DNA of 64,000 bases from a marine group bacterium Sva0996 bin134 (GTDB lineage Bacteria; Actinomycetota; Acidimicrobiia; Acidimicrobiales; Bin134), in contig MPNQ01000005.1 in assembly GCA_002239105.1 (NCBI GenBank), positions 71,939-135,938 on the forward strand, in the 5' to 3' direction. The notes under the pieces were generated by a model. The model ran no database searches and had not been told where the DNA came from. It worked only from the letters and a program-made list of their open reading frames with translations. Below are positions 56,388-64,000 of this stretch, one piece after another. A program made the position numbers and the translations under genes. Numbering within the stretch: position 1 is the stretch's first letter; the number at the start of each line of letters is the position of its first letter.

Positions 56388-57437
56388 TCAGGCGACGGTT
56401 ACCAAGTCGGAGAGGTAGACGTCTTGAATGGCGTTGAGGAGTTCTACGCCCTCGGCGACGGGGCGCTGGAAGGCTTTGCGGCCGCTGATGAGGCCGAGGC
56501 CGCCCGCTCGCTTGTTGATGACCGCGGTGCGAACCGCTTCGGCCAAGTCGCTGGCGCCTGACGACGCCCCGCCGGAGTTGATCAGCCCGATGCGGCCCAT
56601 GTAGCAGTTGGCCACCTGCCAGCGGGTCAGATCGATGGGGTGGTCGGTGGTCAACTCGTCGTACACCAGCGGGTGGGTCTTGCCGAACCCGAGGGCGTTG
56701 TAACCCCCGTTGTTCTCGGGGAGCTTCTGCTTGATGATGTCGGCCTCGATGGTCACCCCTAGGTGGTTGGCCTGGGCGGTCAGGTCGGCCGCCGAGTGGT
56801 AGTCGGTGCCGTCCACCTTGAAGCCGGAGTTCCGCAGGTAGCACCACAAAACGGTGAACATGCCGCACTCATGGGCCCGGTGGAATGCCTCGGCCACCTC
56901 TTGGATCTGGCGGGTGGACTCTTCGGAGCCGAAGTAGATGGTGGCACCGACGCCGGCCGCGCCCAGGTCGTAGGCCTGCTCCACCGACCCGAACATCACC
57001 TGGTCGAACTTGTTGGGATAGGTGAGCAGCTCGTTGTGGTTGAGCTTGACGATGAACGGGATGCGGTGGGCGAACTGGCGAGACGTGGCCCCCAGCACAC
57101 CGAAGGTGGAGGCCACTGCGTTGCAGCCCCCTTCCACGGCCAGTTCCACTATGCCTGCGGGATCGAAATAGCGGGGATTGGGCGCGAAAGAGGCTGCTCC
57201 CGAGTGCTCGATGCCCTGGTCCACCGGCAGGATGGAGACGTAGCCCGTACCCCCCAGCCGACCGTGGTCGAACAGGGATTGGAGATTGCGCAGCACCTGG
57301 GGAGAGCGATCGGTGGCGGCCAAGACCCGGCCGACGAAGTCCGGTCCGGGAAGGTGCAAGTCCTCTCGGGGAATGGTCTTGGATTCGTGCGATAAGAGCG
57401 ACTCGGCCTCGTCGCCCAACAGTCCTTCAAAGTCCAC
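56388..57437 (-). CDS. fbaB: class I fructose-bisphosphate aldolase (FbaB/DhnA type)
   Basis: ~350 aa, with end-to-end resemblance to FbaB as I recall it ([26 protein letters not shown]). Confidence 0.8.
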   Translation of the reverse strand: MDFEGLLGDEAESLLSHESKTIPREDLHLPGPDFVGRVLAATDRSPQVLRNLQSLFDHGRLGGTGYVSILPVDQGIEHSGAASFAPNPRYFDPAGIVELAVEGGCNAVASTFGVLGATSRQFAHRIPFIVKLNHNELLTYPNKFDQVMFGSVEQAYDLGAAGVGATIYFGSEESTRQIQEVAEAFHRAHECGMFTVLWCYLRNSGFKVDGTDYHSAADLTAQANHLGVTIEADIIKQKLPENNGGYNALGFGKTHPLVYDELTTDHPIDLTRWQVANCYMGRIGLINSGGASSGASDLAEAVRTAVINKRAGGLGLISGRKAFQRPVAEGVELLNAIQDVYLSDLVTVA

Positions 57438-57523
57438 GATCAGCCTCTCCTTCGAACCAAATGCCGGTCGTCCTCACGATAGCGGCGCGCCGAAACCTTC
57501 GGGGGCATTACCCGGAGTATTCG

Positions 57524-58726
57524 CTACCGAAGGGAGGCCAGCCGCTCGGCCACGTCCACGTAGAGCTCATCCTGGTCTCTCAACCAGCCGAACAGCTCCC
57601 TCGCCCTTGGGATTTCTCCGGCCTGCTCGTACAGATCGGCCAAGGCGTAGGCCTGGCGCAAGTGGTGCTCTTTCGGCAGTCTAGGACGCTGGAAATTAGC
57701 GGACAGCAGCTGAACCGCCTCGGTGTAGTCGCCGCGATCGCCCAGGGCGCCGGCAGCCACGATTCTCCCCTCGGCGAGTACCGCCGCGCTCGCTCCAGAG
57801 GCTCTTAGCTCAGCCCACAGCTCGTCGACGTCGGCCCATCGGTGCTGGGCCCGGTGGCAGTCGGCCAGAACCGGGTGGAGGTCGATGCGGCCGGTGAGCT
57901 CTCGGAAGGCCTCCAACTCCCGGGCGGCCAATTCCCAGCGCCCTAGGCGGTAGAGGGCCAGACCGGTCAGCTCCCTTACTTCGGGCACCTTGGGGGCATC
58001 TTTGGCCATCCCGTCCAAAGCCCTCCACGCTTTGTGGTAATCGCCTTGCTCATAAGCCACCTCGGCTCGCTCCAGCCGTTGACGGTATCGAGGACCATCT
58101 CTGCGCCCCACTGCCTCTTCCAGTTGCTGGGCCTTGGGTGACGGCCCGCCCTCAGGCAAGGCAGCCCGCCTTCGCCCCCGTTGATTCTTGCTGGGCGGCC
58201 TATCGGGCTCTTCGCTCAGGTTGCCCCGCTGAACGGCTTCTTTGGCCTCGGCGCGGAGCTGTTGAGTTCGGGCTTGGCGAGCCTCTCGCCGCTCGGCCCG
58301 CAAACGAGCCTCTTCAGCCTCCTCGGGCGTTTCTTCGACAACCTCAAGTTGTGCTTCTTCTTCGGGTTCCAGGGGCGGCTCCAACACTTTGGCCGCACCC
58401 TTGCGGGCCACAGAACCCATCCCACGCGGTCCCTTGGGCGGAGGCGACTCGTCCCTTCCCCTGCTTTGAGGTCCTCGACGATCGGATCGACCCCGGCCCG
58501 GAGGCCCTCGACGATCAGACCTTCCCCGCCCATCAGAATCCCGCCGATCAGACCTTCCCCGCCCATCAGAATCCCGCCGATCAGATCTACCCCGCCCATC
58601 GGGTCCTCGATTGGCGGTCTTTCGGCCTCTCGGGGGGCCGCCTTTGCCCTTACTTTGATGGGTCCGTTGCTGAGGAGGCCTCCGGCGATTGGGAGGCTTG
58701 CGGGCAGACCCTCCACCAGAAGACAC
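57524..58726 (-). CDS. protein with Arg-rich disordered repeat N-terminus, acidic/coiled linker and C-terminal TPR-like repeats
   Basis: N-terminus ...DGRGRSDRRDSDGRGRSDRRDSDGRGRSDRRGPPGRGRSDRRGPQSRGRDE. The C-terminal half has TPR-like helical pairs (AEVAYEQGDYHKAWRALDGMAK, LALYRLGRWELAARELEAF, LADLYEQAGEIPRARELF). Confidence 0.75.
   Translation of the reverse strand: MSSGGGSARKPPNRRRPPQQRTHQSKGKGGPPRGRKTANRGPDGRGRSDRRDSDGRGRSDRRDSDGRGRSDRRGPPGRGRSDRRGPQSRGRDESPPPKGPRGMGSVARKGAAKVLEPPLEPEEEAQLEVVEETPEEAEEARLRAERREARQARTQQLRAEAKEAVQRGNLSEEPDRPPSKNQRGRRRAALPEGGPSPKAQQLEEAVGRRDGPRYRQRLERAEVAYEQGDYHKAWRALDGMAKDAPKVPEVRELTGLALYRLGRWELAARELEAFRELTGRIDLHPVLADCHRAQHRWADVDELWAELRASGASAAVLAEGRIVAAGALGDRGDYTEAVQLLSANFQRPRLPKEHHLRQAYALADLYEQAGEIPRARELFGWLRDQDELYVDVAERLASLR
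58479..58610. repeat. four in-frame copies of a 33-nt tandem repeat (cgatcagaccttccccgcccatcagaatcccgc; the two central copies are identical)
   Basis: Direct reading. Units at 58479, 58512, 58545 and 58578. Confidence 0.8.
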
Positions 58727-58770
58727 CGCCTGAGTCTACCGAGGCGGCTGCCGTTAATTGCGGGTAAACG

Positions 58771-58800
58771 AAAGCGGGGAGCCAAATGGCTCCCCGCTTT
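58771..58800 (-). terminator. rho-independent terminator of the rrn operon
   Basis: Perfect 13-bp stem aaagcggggagcc / ggctccccgcttt with a 4-nt loop, immediately 3' of the 5S gene. On the transcribed strand it is followed by TTTCGTTT. Confidence 0.75.
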
Positions 58801-58807
58801 AGGCGAA

Positions 58808-58926
<119 letters not shown>

Positions 58927-59010
58927 CTTTATGTTCTTGTCAATGAGGTAGTGCTTCAAGAACTCCAGAGCGAGCACGAACATCGAATTCGACATCGAGT
59001 TAGTGATGTA

Positions 59011-62105
<3,095 letters not shown>

Positions 62106-62160
62106 GATTCATACATCGAAGAACTCTAATTTCGATCAGATGCTCGTGCTCGCTATGCAG

Positions 62161-62173
62161 TTCTCAAAGAGCA
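62161..62173 (-). promoter_or_regulatory. BoxA-like antitermination element in the 16S-23S spacer
   Basis: The minus strand reads TGCTCTTTGAGAA. This matches 11 of 13 positions of the E. coli boxA consensus TGCTCTTTAACAA and lies about 55 nt upstream of the 23S 5' end. Confidence 0.5.
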
Positions 62174-62333
62174 CAGGAGGATGCTGAAAAAGCAAAAAGC
62201 CATTCAGTCAGAGCCTCGAGCGTGAAATTCACGCTCCCTCAAAACGGAAGAGAGGACAAAAGAAACCAGTGCATCAACTGGGAGTGTCCGAACTTGATTC
62301 CACCATTTGGCGGTATCAAGTGGATACGGAACT

Positions 62334-63856
<1,523 letters not shown>

Positions 63857-64000
63857 ATCTCCGGCAGTTCCTCCCCGAGGGGGATCGCTGCCTTTGATCA
63901 TTTGCTCGTCTCACTAATTTGCCTCGGCGAGACGAAGCGATTCCGGAAAGTCAAAAGGGCCGAAACCCTTCCTGACTTGGTTTCCTTGGAATTGTGTTAG

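Overview
This is a high-GC (roughly 63-65% by eye), gene-dense, almost entirely minus-strand stretch of core chromosome. It ends in a complete rrn operon (16S-23S-5S, minus strand, no tRNA in the spacer). The ~3.1 kb 23S, the OdhA/Kgd-type fused 2-oxoglutarate dehydrogenase and Mycobacterium-like synteny blocks (rpsB-tsf-pyrH-frr; xerC-dprA-yifB-yraN; HAD-tlyA-nadK-recN...pyrG-NUDIX-xerD) point to an actinobacterium, possibly Acidimicrobiia-like. That assignment is inference only. Read on the minus strand, the centre of the window is the ancient translation/SRP/chromosome-maintenance supercluster: yloV-recG-rsmD-coaD-yceD-rpmF-plsX-acp-rnc-fpg-smc-htrA-ftsY-ffh-rpsP-KH-rimM-trmD-rplS. The remainder is central metabolism (ATP-type pckA, galE, kgd, korAB, class I fbaB, pyrG) plus a short, less conserved block at about 31.4-39.8 kb.

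I found no mobile elements, CRISPR array, tRNA, toxin-antitoxin pair or recognisable defence island. I cannot honestly point to a discrete novel multi-gene system in this window.

The best leads are single-gene or annotation-level anomalies:
- An Fpg/Nei-family protein in the canonical fpg slot that appears to have lost its catalytic Pro-Glu-Lys residues.
- A LytM/M23 domain with every zinc ligand substituted.
- Two essential genes (rnc, rimM) whose conserved N-termini lie upstream of any ATG/GTG/TTG, which implies CTG initiation. For rnc this would be a CTGA stop-start overlap.
- A degenerate cold-shock-like mini-protein translationally coupled to pckA.
- An unassignable 519-aa protein upstream of galE.
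- An Arg-rich tandem-repeat/TPR protein next to the rrn operon.
- In-frame tandem-repeat tails on ribosomal proteins S2 and S16.
- An unannotated 36-codon membrane ORF.

The supplied ORF track starts each ORF at the first ATG/GTG/TTG after a stop (for example, the first codon at 19857 is TTG). Several starts were therefore trimmed, and three genes absent from the track were added from direct reading: partial frr, rpmF and the 36-aa ORF. The many long ORFs antisense to real genes are treated as high-GC artefacts.
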